From the human T2T-CHM13v2.0 reference genome, Homo sapiens, in the NCBI RefSeq assembly GCF_009914755.1, contig NC_060926.1: a stretch of 64,000 nucleotides of DNA; one strand, given 5' to 3'. Positions 26,670 to 38,489 of this stretch are shown here, piece after piece. How positions within the stretch are numbered: position 1 is the stretch's first letter; each line of letters opens with the position of its first letter. The notes under the pieces are model-generated. The model was not told the DNA's origin. It ran no database searches and saw only the letters and a program-made list of their open reading frames with translations. Both the position numbers and the translations under genes were made by a program.

Positions 26670-27950
26670 ATGGTGTGTGTGTGAATGCGTGTGCTGTGTG
26701 AATGTGTGTTGTATGTGTGTGTTATGTTATGTGGTGTGTGAATGCGTGTGTGTTGTGTGTGAATGTGTGGTGTGTGTGGTGAGTGAATGTGTGTGTTGTG
26801 TGTGGTATATGTGTGTGCATGTGTGTGAATGTGTGTGTGGTATGTGTATGTGTGTGGAAATGTGCATGTGTGTGCATGTGTGAATACTGTGTGTGGTGTG
26901 TGTGCATGTGTGTGTGAATGTGTGTGGTATGTGCATGTGTGTGTTGTGTGTGGTGCGTATATGTGGTATGTGAATGTGTGTTGTGTATGTGTGTGTTGTA
27001 TGTGTGTTGTATGTGCATGTGTGAGACAGTGTGTTGTATGTGTGTGAATGTGTGGGTTGTGTATGTGGTGTGCAAATGTGTATGTGTGTGAATGAGTGCG
27101 TGTGTGCATGTGTGTATTGTGTGGTGTGCAAATGTGTCATGTGTATGTGTGTACATGTGCATGTGTGTTGTGTGTGCATGTGTGAATGTGTGTGATGTGT
27201 GTGCGTGTTGTGTGTGCATATGTGTATGACTTTTTGCATGGTGTGTCTGGTGTGTGCATGTGTGTGTGCATGTGTGTGTATGACTGTGTTGTGTGTGGTG
27301 TATGTGTGTGTTGTGTGTACATGTGTGACTGAGTGTGCATGTGTGTGGTGTGTGCATGTGTGTGTGTGGTGCATGTGAGTGTGTGTTGTGTGTGTGTGAC
27401 TGTTGTGTGTGGTGTATGTGTATGTTTGTGTGTGTGACTGTGAGTGTGCATGTTGTGTGGTGTGTGCATGTGTGTGGTGCATGTGAGTGTGTGTGTGACT
27501 TGTGTGTGGTGTATGTGTGTGTTGTGTGTGCGTGTGTGACTGTGAGTGTGCGTGTTGTGTGTGGTGCGTGTGTGTGTGTGTGATTCATGTGAGTGTGTGT
27601 TGTGTATGTGTGTTGTGTGTGACCGTGTCCGTGCCACACAGAGTGAAATCTCAAGCTACGTTTTTCTTTTTTGGATAAACATTTAAACCAGGGGAAGAGG
27701 CGTGGGGCCCCGCTGCATCTATCCCGAGGCTGCGTCCACAGCTCCAGTGGCCCCTGCTGGTCTGACTGTGACGGCTGCCCGGCAGTGCCGAGCCTCGGCT
27801 CAGGAGTGCTTTGGCCAGAGCTGTGTAGACAAAATGTCAATAAGTTGGCCCCACTTCTGTATGTGTGTGTTGTGTGCATGTGTATGTGTGTGTTGTGTGT
27901 ATGACTGTGTGTGAGTGTGTGTGTTGTGTGTGTGATGTGTGCATGTGTAT
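26670..27950. repeat. Degenerate (TG)n-rich array of about 1.05 kb, split by the inverted-repeat right arm
   Basis: Near-continuous TG/GTGT/TGCA/TGAA variants at 26670-27632 and 27858-27950. Confidence 0.95.
27633..27856 (-). repeat. Right arm of the 224-bp inverted repeat
   Basis: Reverse complement of 26296-26519 at 92% identity, with TG array on both sides. Confidence 0.97.
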
Positions 27951-27952
27951 GC

Positions 27953-28283
27953 CTATGTGCTTGGAACCTTAATCCTCAAGTCCAAATGCTGATGGCATTT
28001 GGAGGTGGGGCCTCTGGGAGGTGATTAGGGTTAGATGAGGTCATCAGGGCGGGCCCCGACGGGGCTGGCAGCTTTGTAGGAAGAGGAAGAGAGACGGCAG
28101 GGCAACACCCCTACCCTTTGCCATGTGATGCCCTCGGCTAAGTCATGGTGCAGAGGGGAGGCCCTCATCTGATGCACCCCCAACCATGGAATTCCAGCCT
28201 CCAGAATTGTCAGATATAATTTTTTTCTTTATAAATTGTCCAATCTCAGGTATTCAGTTATTGCAACAGAAAGCAGACACTGA
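27953..28283 (+). mobile_element. MST-type (MaLR) LTR lacking a clean 5' end
   Basis: ttggaaccttaatcc..tttggaggtggggcc..gggaggtgattagggttagatgaggtcat..ttccagcctccagaattgt..tttataaattgtccaatctcaggtattc. Confidence 0.8.
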
Positions 28284-29039
28284 TGAGGGCTTTGGAGCAA
28301 TGCAGAGCTGGTCCCAGAGGCAAGATGGAGGGAGCTTGTGCAGCTCTGGGCGTCCCTGTGGGCACCTCTGGGCCAAGTCCAGCTTCACCTTCACCCTCCT
28401 GATTTCCCACAGCAGGCAGGAGGGTGGTGGAGCCCACACTGTGGGGCAGGAGAGTCTCTCAGACTCCTGGGAAGGAGCAAGGTGCCCAAACGAGGACAGA
28501 CAGAGGCTGCTTATCTCCAGCTGGAGTAAGAGCGAAAGAGCTGGCCACTGTCACTTACATTTTTGCAGCGACTCAGGCAGGCTGGGTGTGGGAGCTTCCC
28601 AGGGGAAGAGAAGGCACCCGGTGTGGGCGTGGGAGCTTTCCAGGGCAAGGGAAGGTACCCGGTGAGCCCCAGTGGAGGCTGCTGGCCTGGAAGCTGGGGC
28701 GGCAACTAGAATCGGGGCATCCCGTGTGCGTTTAAGGGGAGCACATTTGTCTTTCTTGGTTTGTCCTCAGTGGGATGTCAGGGCAGGAGTTGGGGCAGCT
28801 GTGAGTTATTAACCAGGTCTTGGGCATCTGGGACTGACTCTTATGGGTTGCTTGATTCCTAGATTGGGGCTAGAGATAGGGGCCTGACTTCCCACAGGCG
28901 TAACTTACTGAGGGCAGGCCAGCATCCATCCTGGCTGCTGCAGGTGACGGGTTGGCTTCCTGGGCTGGCTGCTGCAGGTTGTGGGCCATAGTTCCATTTG
29001 TACAGATGGTCATGCCATTGTCTCTTTGTATATCCAGCC

Positions 29040-29200
29040 TCTCAGACCACATTCTGGCTCCAGCCCTTCCTGCTGTGGGACCTTGGACACATCCCCTGAC
29101 TGTCCTGTGCCCGTCTTCTCAGTGGTGAAGGGAGCAGTGACCATGCACATCACTGAGGACAGCCATGGGGATGAAACACGGCAGGCCAAGGCACAGCAAG
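29040..29200 (+). mobile_element. MIR SINE
   Basis: ctggctccagcccttcctgctgtgggaccttggaca.. is MIR-like. Confidence 0.55.
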
Positions 29201-30616
29201 GTGTACTGAAGTAGTTCAGAAAAGCCCAGCTCTCCCTCCACGGGCCTTCACTCCGTGCTACCTTGGCTGGAATGTGGCCAACCTTTGTGTTGAGGCTAGG
29301 GCTTCTTCTCCAAACACATGGAATTCATCTTTGAATCACACGTTAGGCAGCTCCAAGCATCCCCTCCAAGGTGGTCTGCTGACAGTCTCTTCTGCTGTCT
29401 GCTGACTGGACTCTGGGATGCTTGTGAGGCAGTTGTGGGGTGGAGCAAGTAACAAAGGCTTTGGAATCAGAAGATTGGAGTTAGAATCTTAGGTCAGTAA
29501 TTCGCTGCCTCGGTAACCTCCATCAGATTCCGCCCCCCTGAGGACGAGTCTCTTCATCTTTATGAAGGGGATGTGGTATTGGCACCCCTGGCTTGGATGG
29601 AGCATGAGGCAGCTACACGGTGCTGGGTGTGGTGTCCATCTCTCCCTCTATCGTGATCTGCTCTCTCTCTCTCTCTCTTTTTTTTTTTATTTTCTTTCCC
29701 TTTTTTGTGAAAGTTACTCCATCCCAGATAGCTTTGCGAATGACCTGTGTTTCCCAGCATTCTGCACTTGATAAAACTAGTTCGGATTGCTTTTCTTTAG
29801 AAGCTATTTTATAAAGAAGTTTGCTAGATATCTATCTAGATGGACACAGATGTATTGATATCATATATTATTTCTTCTTTTGGAAAGGAGTCAAAGAGCC
29901 TCCTGTCATCTTGCAGGTAGGTGGGCAGCCCGAGATCTAAACTTCCCATGGGAAATCTCCACATGTAAGCCCCACTCAGAATCCCGGGGCGGCAAGGGCA
30001 GGTTAGGACTTACCACGGTGTTCCAAGCTCCATGGCCGTAGGTGGGTTGCTCTTAGTCACTGGGGGACAGAAGCATGGATGGTAAGAGCTGCTTGTCTTA
30101 AATCTATCGACTGAAATTATAATCAAGGATGGGTTGATCACTACTGGGTGTTTTGGATCTACTTTTGCAAAGTTGGAGTCTAAGAGAGTCCCCAGAAGCC
30201 ACCAGGACGACATATGGTCTCTGCAAATGATGAAGCATTTCATGAACCATCACAACGAAGAAGACCCAAGTCACAGCATGCCAGGATGAACCCAGCAAAC
30301 ACCACACAGTTTCACTCACCACACAGAACCAGAAGTTGACTGCTGACGGCCCTCTGAGAGGCTGCCATAGTTTGTTAAATATTTTTCAATCAGGAAACAC
30401 ACTCTGAGCTCCCTTCTGCAGCTGGGTAGGTGCTGAGCTCCAGAGGTTAAAAGACAAATATGTGTTCACATTCTGGAGGTTATAGCATGCTCACAATTAA
30501 ATGGATTTCATTTCAGAATATTACTTGTCCCGGATTGCACACGGCATGTGTGTATTACGTAGATGGATAGACAGATTAACATTTATGGAAACAAATCATT
30601 GTCTGCATTATCAGAT

Positions 30617-31767
30617 TGTAGTAAATTCTTATAATTTTGTGTGGCCTCAGCATCTATTTTGAATACCAGTTTAACTTTCGCAGACCAGAAGTAAGTCTCG
30701 GTCATTCTTGACACAGTTTCTAGTTGTACACCACACCAAAGTGGCTCAAGCTGGTGGCTCAAGATTCAGAATTTAGAGGCATTTCTCACCCAGCAAGTAG
30801 AGCTTCTGCTTTCCTGCCCAGGCTTCCTTTTTAGACAAAGTCTCACCCTGTCATCCAGGCTGGAGTGCAGGGATGAGATCTTGGCTCACTGTAACCTCCG
30901 TTTCCCAGGCTCAAGTGATTCTTCCACCTCAGACTACCCAGTAGCTGGGACTACAGGTACGCACCACCACACCCAGCTTTTTTTAAAAATTGTATTTCTT
31001 TTGTAGAGATGGGGCTTTGCCATATTGCCCAGGCTGGTCTCAATCTTCTGGACTCAAGTGATCTGACCTCCTCAGGCTCCCAAAGTGCTGGGACTACAGG
31101 TGTGAGCCACTGCGCCCAACCCAGTCTTCCTTTAAATGGACCATTCAGGCCTTTGCCCAAGAACTTAAAAGTATGTAAATCATTCCCACACGCTATTCCC
31201 TTACACACACACACCCACACCCACACCCACCCACATATATATGTAAACATACTGCTGGTTCCCACTCACTCTCTCTGCCTGACTCTCATCCCATTGCACG
31301 TGACCGGGGGACGGAGGACTGCCCTCCAATTTCTTACACCCTCCCGTCTGCATCTGTAAGTAGTAAATCTTTGAGCTAGTTTCCTGTTGTGTGGAATGAT
31401 TTTGTGTTTTCCAACTGAAGAACCAGGGACTGCCTCAGGCTGGGCTTTGCCTGGGATGCCAGGGAGGCAGTCGGTGGGGACAGAAGGTTGGACTCCCAGC
31501 ACCACAGCAATGGCCAGACAGGCATAAACTGAGCACGGGTCAGACAAGAGCCACGGGTGTCTGCTAGTATAAACACGTTTCCCATGTGAGGGACTCCCTG
31601 GTTGTGGGTTGAACAACGAGGTGTGAGGCCATCCACAGGTAAAAGAGGCATTCCATGAAAGGTGCTCTGTAACTGCTCACACTCAGCTTCCCCTTCATCT
31701 CCCATTAGGGCAGAGTTGCCAGCCACTCTGGAATGAGAGTCTCAATTTAGCTGAGGCTCTGAAAACA
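30617..31767 (+). mobile_element. MER54-like ERVL solo LTR with an internal Alu
   Basis: Starts TGTAGTAAATTCTTATAATTTT and ends ..aatttagctgaggctctgaaaaCA; 5-bp TSD CAGAT/CAGGT. Family name from recalled consensus. Confidence 0.8.
30829..31121 (-). mobile_element. AluJ inside the LTR
   Basis: J-type dimer with a very short tail; TSD CCAG(G/T)CTTCCTTT. Confidence 0.93.
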
Positions 31768-31830
31768 CAGGTACACTCTGATGACTTGCCAGCAGACAGT
31801 GTTTACATAGCAAGTGCCATATTCATGGCA

Positions 31831-32580
31831 CTGAAATCACAGCTATAGTTCACGGAGTGACTCCCTGTCCATGGGTGGTGCTAAAATCACAGCTGTAGTT
31901 CATGGAGTGATTTCCTGTCCATGGGTGGTGCTGAAATCGCAGCTGTAGTTCATGGAGTGACTTTCTGTCCATGGGTAGTGCTGAAATCACAGCTGTAGTT
32001 CAGGGAGTAACTTCCTGTCTGTGGGTGGTGCTGAAATCACAGCTGTATTTCACGGGGTGACTCCCTGTCCATGGGTGGTGCTGAAATCACAGCTGTGGTT
32101 CATGGAGTGACTTCCTGTCCATGGGTGGCGCTGAAATCACAGCTGTGGTTCATGGAGGGACTTCCTGTCCATGGGTGGCGCTGAAATCGCAGCTGTAGTT
32201 CATGGAGTGACTTCCTGTCCATGGGTGGTGCTGAAATCGCAGCTGTAGTTCATGGAGTGACTTTCTGTCCATGGGTAGTGCTGAAATCACAGCTGTAGTT
32301 CAAGGAGTAACTTCCTGTCTGTGGGTGGCGCTGAAATCACAGCTGTATTTCACGGGGTGACTCCCTGTCCATGGGTGGTGCTGAAATCACAGCTGTGGTT
32401 CATGGAGTGACTTCCTGTCCATGGGTGGCGCTGAAATCACAGCTGTGGTTCATGGAGGGACTTCCTGTCCATGGGTGGCGCTGAAATCGCAGCTGTAGTT
32501 CATGGAGTGACTTCCTGTCCATGGGTGGTGCTGAAATCGCAGCTGTAGTTCATGGAGTGACTTTCTGTCCATGGGTGGCC
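31831..32580. repeat. VNTR, 15 x 50 bp, with a 300-bp higher-order repeat
   Basis: Unit CTGAAATCACAGCTGTAGTTCATGGAGTGACTTCCTGTCCATGGGTGGTG at an exact 50-bp period. Confidence 0.98.
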
Positions 32581-34409
32581 TGGGCAGTGAATGTTCGGCT
32601 GTGCCCCATGCCCTATGTACTGATATTACATTCAGCCTTGGAAGCCACTTCAAAAACATTTGAAAACAAGGCAGATAGTTGGTTGCAAGGCATCTCTTGT
32701 ATGTAAACCAGTAAATGAGAGATGTGTACATCTCCTTCAGTTTATTATTTTGATAATTTAAAAACCACCTTTCCTGTAAAAATACTCCAAATACTTAAAG
32801 GAACAGTAATAGTCATGCAACTGCAAAAGAACAGCAGAGATCAGGCAGAAGTGTGGTCTGTGACCTCTAAGAGTCTGTAGTTGGAAACAACTTCCCTGGA
32901 AAGTTATGTCCAGTGTAGACTGGATATATTCAGTCTTCATTTGGAAGAAAAACAAAATTTCCAAAAAAAGAAATGCTTTTTAAAATGAAAAGTAACTAGT
33001 ATCATACCTTTTTGTAAATTTATTTTTTTTTACATTTACATTTTATCTGGATATTTCTTTCTTTAATCCCTTGAGCTCCCGTGAATATTTCTCAAGGCAC
33101 ACAGTCACTCTTTCTGAGTTAAAAACCAAGGAAATCAAATGTACTGCAATTCAGAGATGAAAGTGCTTTCTGTTTCCCTCAAAATAAAACTAATGGAAAG
33201 TAGCAGGTGCTCCCTAGCAAAAACATTGTTGTTACTGAACATAGTCTCAACAAATAGACTTCCATTGAGCTGGTTTGAGCCCACACAATCTGAAAGCTCT
33301 TTATATAAGTCCATCATGACCAATAAGCAGCCTGGTAGATCTTAGAACCACTGGAAAGAAATAGAAATAAGAAAAAAAATCAAAATGTTATAGAATAGTT
33401 TGCATTTCTTTTCTATCTCCAATTTAGCAGCATGTTCTCATTCTGTAGAAATATGATCTTTCAAGTTTCCATGTTGTCAAAGTATTTAAAACTCCACTGC
33501 TGGGAAACCAGAATGATCCATAGGGCATAGGGTGCAGTTTTTAACTCAAACACTATGAAATGAGCTAATGTATAGATCACCTGAACCATGCTGGGAATAT
33601 CTGTAGGCCTTGCCAGGTATGCAAAAGAAAATGGCACTTCTATTTTTGTCTGGATAAGTCAAATAGCAATCAGAGGACCACAGCATGAGAGTGAGGAGAG
33701 TGCTCAAAATATTATGTCATTCTTCAGCATATAATAAATCCCTCCTGCAAATTAAACTTAGCCTTATCAATTGGACTCATAGCTCTCAGTGGTGATTTTA
33801 TCTTAGAATTTGGTAGCTGATGGTATCTTCTGCTTGGCTTTGGAGGCTGGGATGCTTAGTCATTAGTCTGCAGCATCTGTCTAGCAAATTCAGACTTTCA
33901 GGGCTTACATTTTGTGATGTGATTTGATGTGCTTTACTTTCTTCCATTTTTTTCTAATTGCCTTCATTTTAAATTCACTTTTTAAATACATTTCATCTCA
34001 GTCTGTTACATTTACCCTTGGAGGACACTTTAATGACATTTTAAGATAAGGCAAAGAGAAAATGTTAGTACTTATTCTCATTACTGGTTCTGTGTTTGCT
34101 TCAACATACAAGAAGGTGAATAGCCCAGAGGTTACCAATGATCTGGATAGCACAAGGTTTCCTGTTTAAAGGATTCTCCCCTGTACAGCTCTTCCTGTTT
34201 TCCTCCAAGTCCAGGTCAGGGATAGTAAAGTATGAGACAATGCTTTCAAAATGTGTCAAGCAGCTTATGCTGAGTAAGATGCAATGCCATTTCTCCAGGG
34301 ACCAAAGAGCTCTTTTCTACTTTGCTCAAAGACAAAAAGAGTAGCTATCTTATTCAGATATTTTGTTTTCATCCCCTTTGTGGTATCTTCTGCGGGAGGC
34401 AGGAGGCGG

Positions 34410-34560
34410 GTAATGTTTGGACATCTTCTCTGTGCTGGGCACCAGGCTGGGTTCTTTGTATGCATGGTCTTATTGAATCCTCCCAACTTTGCAAGGTCGT
34501 TTCATTGGTCCTATTTCACAGATGAGAGAACAAAGGCCCAAGGTGTTAAATATATTGTAG
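34410..34560 (-). mobile_element. MIR SINE
   Basis: tgtgctgggcaccaggctggg..tattgaatcctcccaac..cctatttcacagatgagagaacaaaggccca. Confidence 0.75.
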
Positions 34561-34624
34561 AAATTCCGTTTAGCTTCAGTGTGCACAGTCTGCACTCTGT
34601 GATGCTGTCCAAAGCAGTCACATT

Positions 34625-34991
34625 TGCTATGGTCTGAATATTTGTGTTCCCTCAAATGCCTGCATTGAAACCTGAAAATCCGTATGTTGAAATGTAATAG
34701 TGTTAGAGGTGGGTCTTTTGGGAGGCAATGGGACATGAGGGTGGGGCCCTCATGAATGAGATTAGTGCCCTCCTAAAAGAGGCTCCATAGAGCTGTGTTG
34801 GCCCTTACACCCTATGAGGACACAGGAAGAAGGCACCATCTGTGAAGCTGAAAGTGAGCCCTCACTGGACACTGAATCTGCTGCTACCTGGAGCTTGAAC
34901 TTCCCAGCCTCAGAGCTGTGATAAAGACATTTCTATTGTTTATGAGTCACTCAGTTTGTGGTGGTTATAGCAGCCCTAATGGGCTAAGACA
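34625..34991 (+). mobile_element. MLT1A/A0 (MaLR) solo LTR
   Basis: TGCTATGGTCTGAAT..gggctaagaCA; TSD ACATT/GCATT. Confidence 0.9.
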
Positions 34992-35210
34992 GCATTGTTC
35001 TACTAGTGACTGACAGTGGCTGACTCAGAGGACACGGGACCTGGCCCATATGTGCCTAGTAAAGTAGGGCTGGGGATAGAGGATTTGAACTGAGTCTAGG
35101 ATCTAGAAAGATATTCATACTCAGAGCTAGAGGCACCCAAAGCTTCCACTGGGAAACAGCACCAGGAAGGGCCAGTCTGGAGTATCCACCAGGGAGGTAG
35201 AGGTGCGGGA

Positions 35211-35243
35211 CTGCTGCTGCTGCTACTACTGCTACTACTGCTA
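35211..35243. repeat. Interrupted (CTG/CTA)n microsatellite
   Basis: ctgctgctgctgctactactgctactactgcta. Confidence 0.8.
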
Positions 35244-36399
35244 GCAGCAATCATTCACATTTAAATAGAGCTTGACTTTCATAAACATTATTTAGTTGAT
35301 TGTCACAGCAACATCGTGAGCTATTTAGGACAGGTTTTTATTATTTCTATTATAGGGTTTTCTTCCCTTTTCCTCCCTTTCTCCCTCCCTCATCCTTCCC
35401 TTCCCTTCATAAAGAGTTTCTGGGTCAGCCTCATTCCAGACATCATTGTAGGTGGAAAGGACAGGACAAGGGACTAAGGTCTTGGACAGAGGAGAAGAGA
35501 GGCTCAGTGTGGACATTACTTGCAAATGCAGGTTGTTACAGTTTCATGCTTGAAAACCGTGTTGATGGGTGCGACAAGAAAGGTGTTTCTGCTGATTACA
35601 CGACAAAGAACAGATATAGGCTGTGTCTTCCCAGCGCTTCCCCCCAGCTCTGTTCTGGCAGCCTCACTAGTGTTTTCTTGGGAGCAGATGTGAGGTCTGG
35701 ACCTGAGGAGACCTTTGGCTCCAATTGTAGGAGGCACTCTGGTTTCTGCCCCTGCCACAATAAACAGCCATAGCTGCTGCTGGGGGACCTGAGACTGGAA
35801 CAATGACTACCAGCTCTGCACGCGATGCCCCGTGTAATGGCCATTCACTGCAAACATTAGAATGTTACCCTCTGACTCCACATTTTAAACCCTGGCAGGA
35901 AACCCCTGCTTTATATTTGCTGTTATGTTTAATGATTTGTAAAATCAACAGCTACACAAATCACTACTCTGCCAGACTTGGGTTGTGATTCCTTTTTTCT
36001 GTGTCCACTGCCCGGCCTTGTTACCTTCCCTGAACAAAATATTGTTTTCCCTAGCTGTGTTATTTCTGAAATCAGATGAAGGGCTGCCCAGGAAAGCACT
36101 GGCAGGCATTTCTGGTGACCTCTCCAGTGCTTTCCATGTGTACACCTCTTGAGAGCTTACCTCTTATGTACACATTAGGAAGTCACTGCATTTTGATGAC
36201 AGCTGTGCGGAAGAGCCAGGGCAGGCTGTAATCTTCCCTCTTTTATAGATTAGCAAACTGAAGCTCAGAAAAAAATAAGTGATGTGGCTGGACAATGGCA
36301 GATCCAGGACACGAGGCCAAGTCCTGAATCTCAGTCCAAAGTGGTGACATTGTAGAAGAAGCATGGACTAAAGAGGCCTGGAGCTCAGAGCTGTGTAGA

Positions 36400-36530
36400 C
36401 CTATTTGCCTCCTGCACAGATCTGGGCTTGCATCCTAGCTCTGTCATTTAAATAATGGCTATTTGTGCAGGCCCATTAGCCCCTCTGAGCTTCAGTTTGT
36501 CATCTGTGAAGCGGGACTGACAACACCCAT
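36400..36530 (+). mobile_element. MIR SINE
   Basis: gatctgggcttgcatcctagctctgtc..ctctgagcttcagtttgtcatctgtgaa. Confidence 0.7.
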
Positions 36531-38489
36531 GCATGGGTGGACTATGTGGTCAAGTCAGCATCAAAGACAGAACACAGAAGAGTGGCAGGTGCAAGGCAGT
36601 TTGGCAAATGCTAGTGCTGTGTCTTGCCTTCAGATTCTTAATTCTGATACCTCAAATATCCAAAAGTTTTGTGAAACAAGTCACAGTTAGTGCCAGAGTG
36701 CTGAACCCATCCTTAAATTTATTCATGGGGATGCCAATTTTTAGAGAGAGAGTGATGCTTTTGAATTTATTCTGGAAGTTGCTCAAATTCTGGATGAACT
36801 CAGAGATATTCAGGACCCAAAGTGGGTTTGGCTATGCCAACACAAGCAACAGCACCTCCAGCCCGTGGTGTTTCCCAAAATGAATCCCATTTCAGATAAC
36901 AGTGCATTCCAGATGGGGCTCCCGGCAGGCAGAACTCATGGTATGGCCTTTCGCCCTCTGCTTGGTCCCACTCACACTCTCAGTCAGTTGCACCCATGTC
37001 TCCACGTACAGCTCATGCAGGCTGGTGGGTGGTGCAGGAGTGTGCTTGTATCAATGGACTTGCTTCATGAAGGGCCCCGAGGAACCTCCCAGCTCTCAAT
37101 TCTCTGCCTCATCCCACAGTCTTCGGTGTCTGCCAGTGCAGCAAATTCCACCCACCACAGCTGTTTTGACAGCTGGGTAAGGGTTTAGGAAAGAGGCAAA
37201 AACGAAAGAAACGAAAGAGGACAAGAGAGGTAGGGAGTTAAGTGAAGGCATTCTGGAACTAAAATAGTCACGAGACCCATATATATTTGTGTGTGACTGT
37301 AAAGGAAATTGAAAAATAAAGATCCCAAGCAAAATTTTTAAAGAAAGGCAATTGCTTTGAAGAACCATACTTATTTGGAATTGTCAGTCCTTGTAGACGT
37401 GTGAGGAAAATCTGTCAAGACTTTATACCTGGTATTCAAGCATTCACAGTGCCTGATAAAAGGCAAGCTTGCGCTCCAGGATGGGTGCAGCTGCTAAAAT
37501 GAGTGCGCTGCTCTTGTGTCCAACCCGGGGAGACTTCTGATTTGGAGCCTTGAGGATCAAACTCAGTATGATGTGCTTTTGAACTCAGACGCCATTTAAG
37601 TGCAAAGCTCAGAGGCACTATGCTATTGTGAAATAATAGCATAATGATTCAAATAATAAAAAATTAAGTGCATGCCTTGGTTTGTGTGTATTAGGATACA
37701 AAGTGAGCTAGGGCTGCTGACCTGGCAATTTTAATAAAACAAAAATGTATTTTTCCTCTGCATCTGAGAATATCAACAATCTATGTTCTATAGGAAAATT
37801 GATCTGAGATTAGCTTACTGGAATGGATGCCCTCTGCAGGTCTAGGCCATGCTGTCAATAACCATAGATGATGATAGAGTAGAATGTCTGGGTATAGGCA
37901 GGTGTAGGTCCTATTTCTTCAAAATCACTTCTTTAGTTTGGAACTAAGGATTTAAAGTAATTGACAGTAAAAAAAAAATTTAAAGTGGGCACATGTGGAT
38001 TTAATCATGATAAAATAAGGGTATGATTTCATTTAATCTGTTCCATTCAAAAAACACTTGGGGTACTCCTGAATGTGTCAGGTATGGTGTTAGGTGCTGG
38101 GGGTAAAAAAAAGAGGTCACAGACAAGGCAGTGGGGAGGGCTACCTATGAAATACTTAGAAATATTTAATTAAATATTGAATTCTTAGTGAGTAGCTGAG
38201 ATCTCAGGAAATGAAATGAAAATATCCAAGGGCCAAAACGGAAGAGGAAATTGACCCCCAGAATGACAGCACCACCTTGTGCCCAGGTGTCCTGAGATAG
38301 GGGTTGGAGGGTGCAGTGATTGCCACCTGCTCCTTTGGGCCTTTGGCTGCAATGCTAATTCAGGGAAAACAAGTGACGTCCGGGGCTGATGCACAGTGGG
38401 GAAATGGATTTCTTATCTCTGAATGAAGCCTCATGAAAAGATGAACTAAAAATAAACCCACCTTCCTTCATTAGGAGATAAAAGTAAAG

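Noticed and set aside
26296-27856. Inverted repeat as transposon terminal inverted repeats or a catalogued inversion
   Set aside because: No TSD or transposase is present and the TG array continues outside the right arm. I cannot assign the locus to a known inversion without a search.
26600-27914. 385-aa, 251-aa and other His/Thr-rich or Cys/Val-rich ORFs
   Set aside because: They come from the stop-poor TG/CA array. The shared peptide with ORF 26261-26560 only reflects the inverted repeat.
31831-32580. CRISPR-like regular array
   Set aside because: The units are head-to-tail with no unique spacers, there are no cas genes, and the context is primate DNA. It is a VNTR, as is the 39-bp array at 58393.
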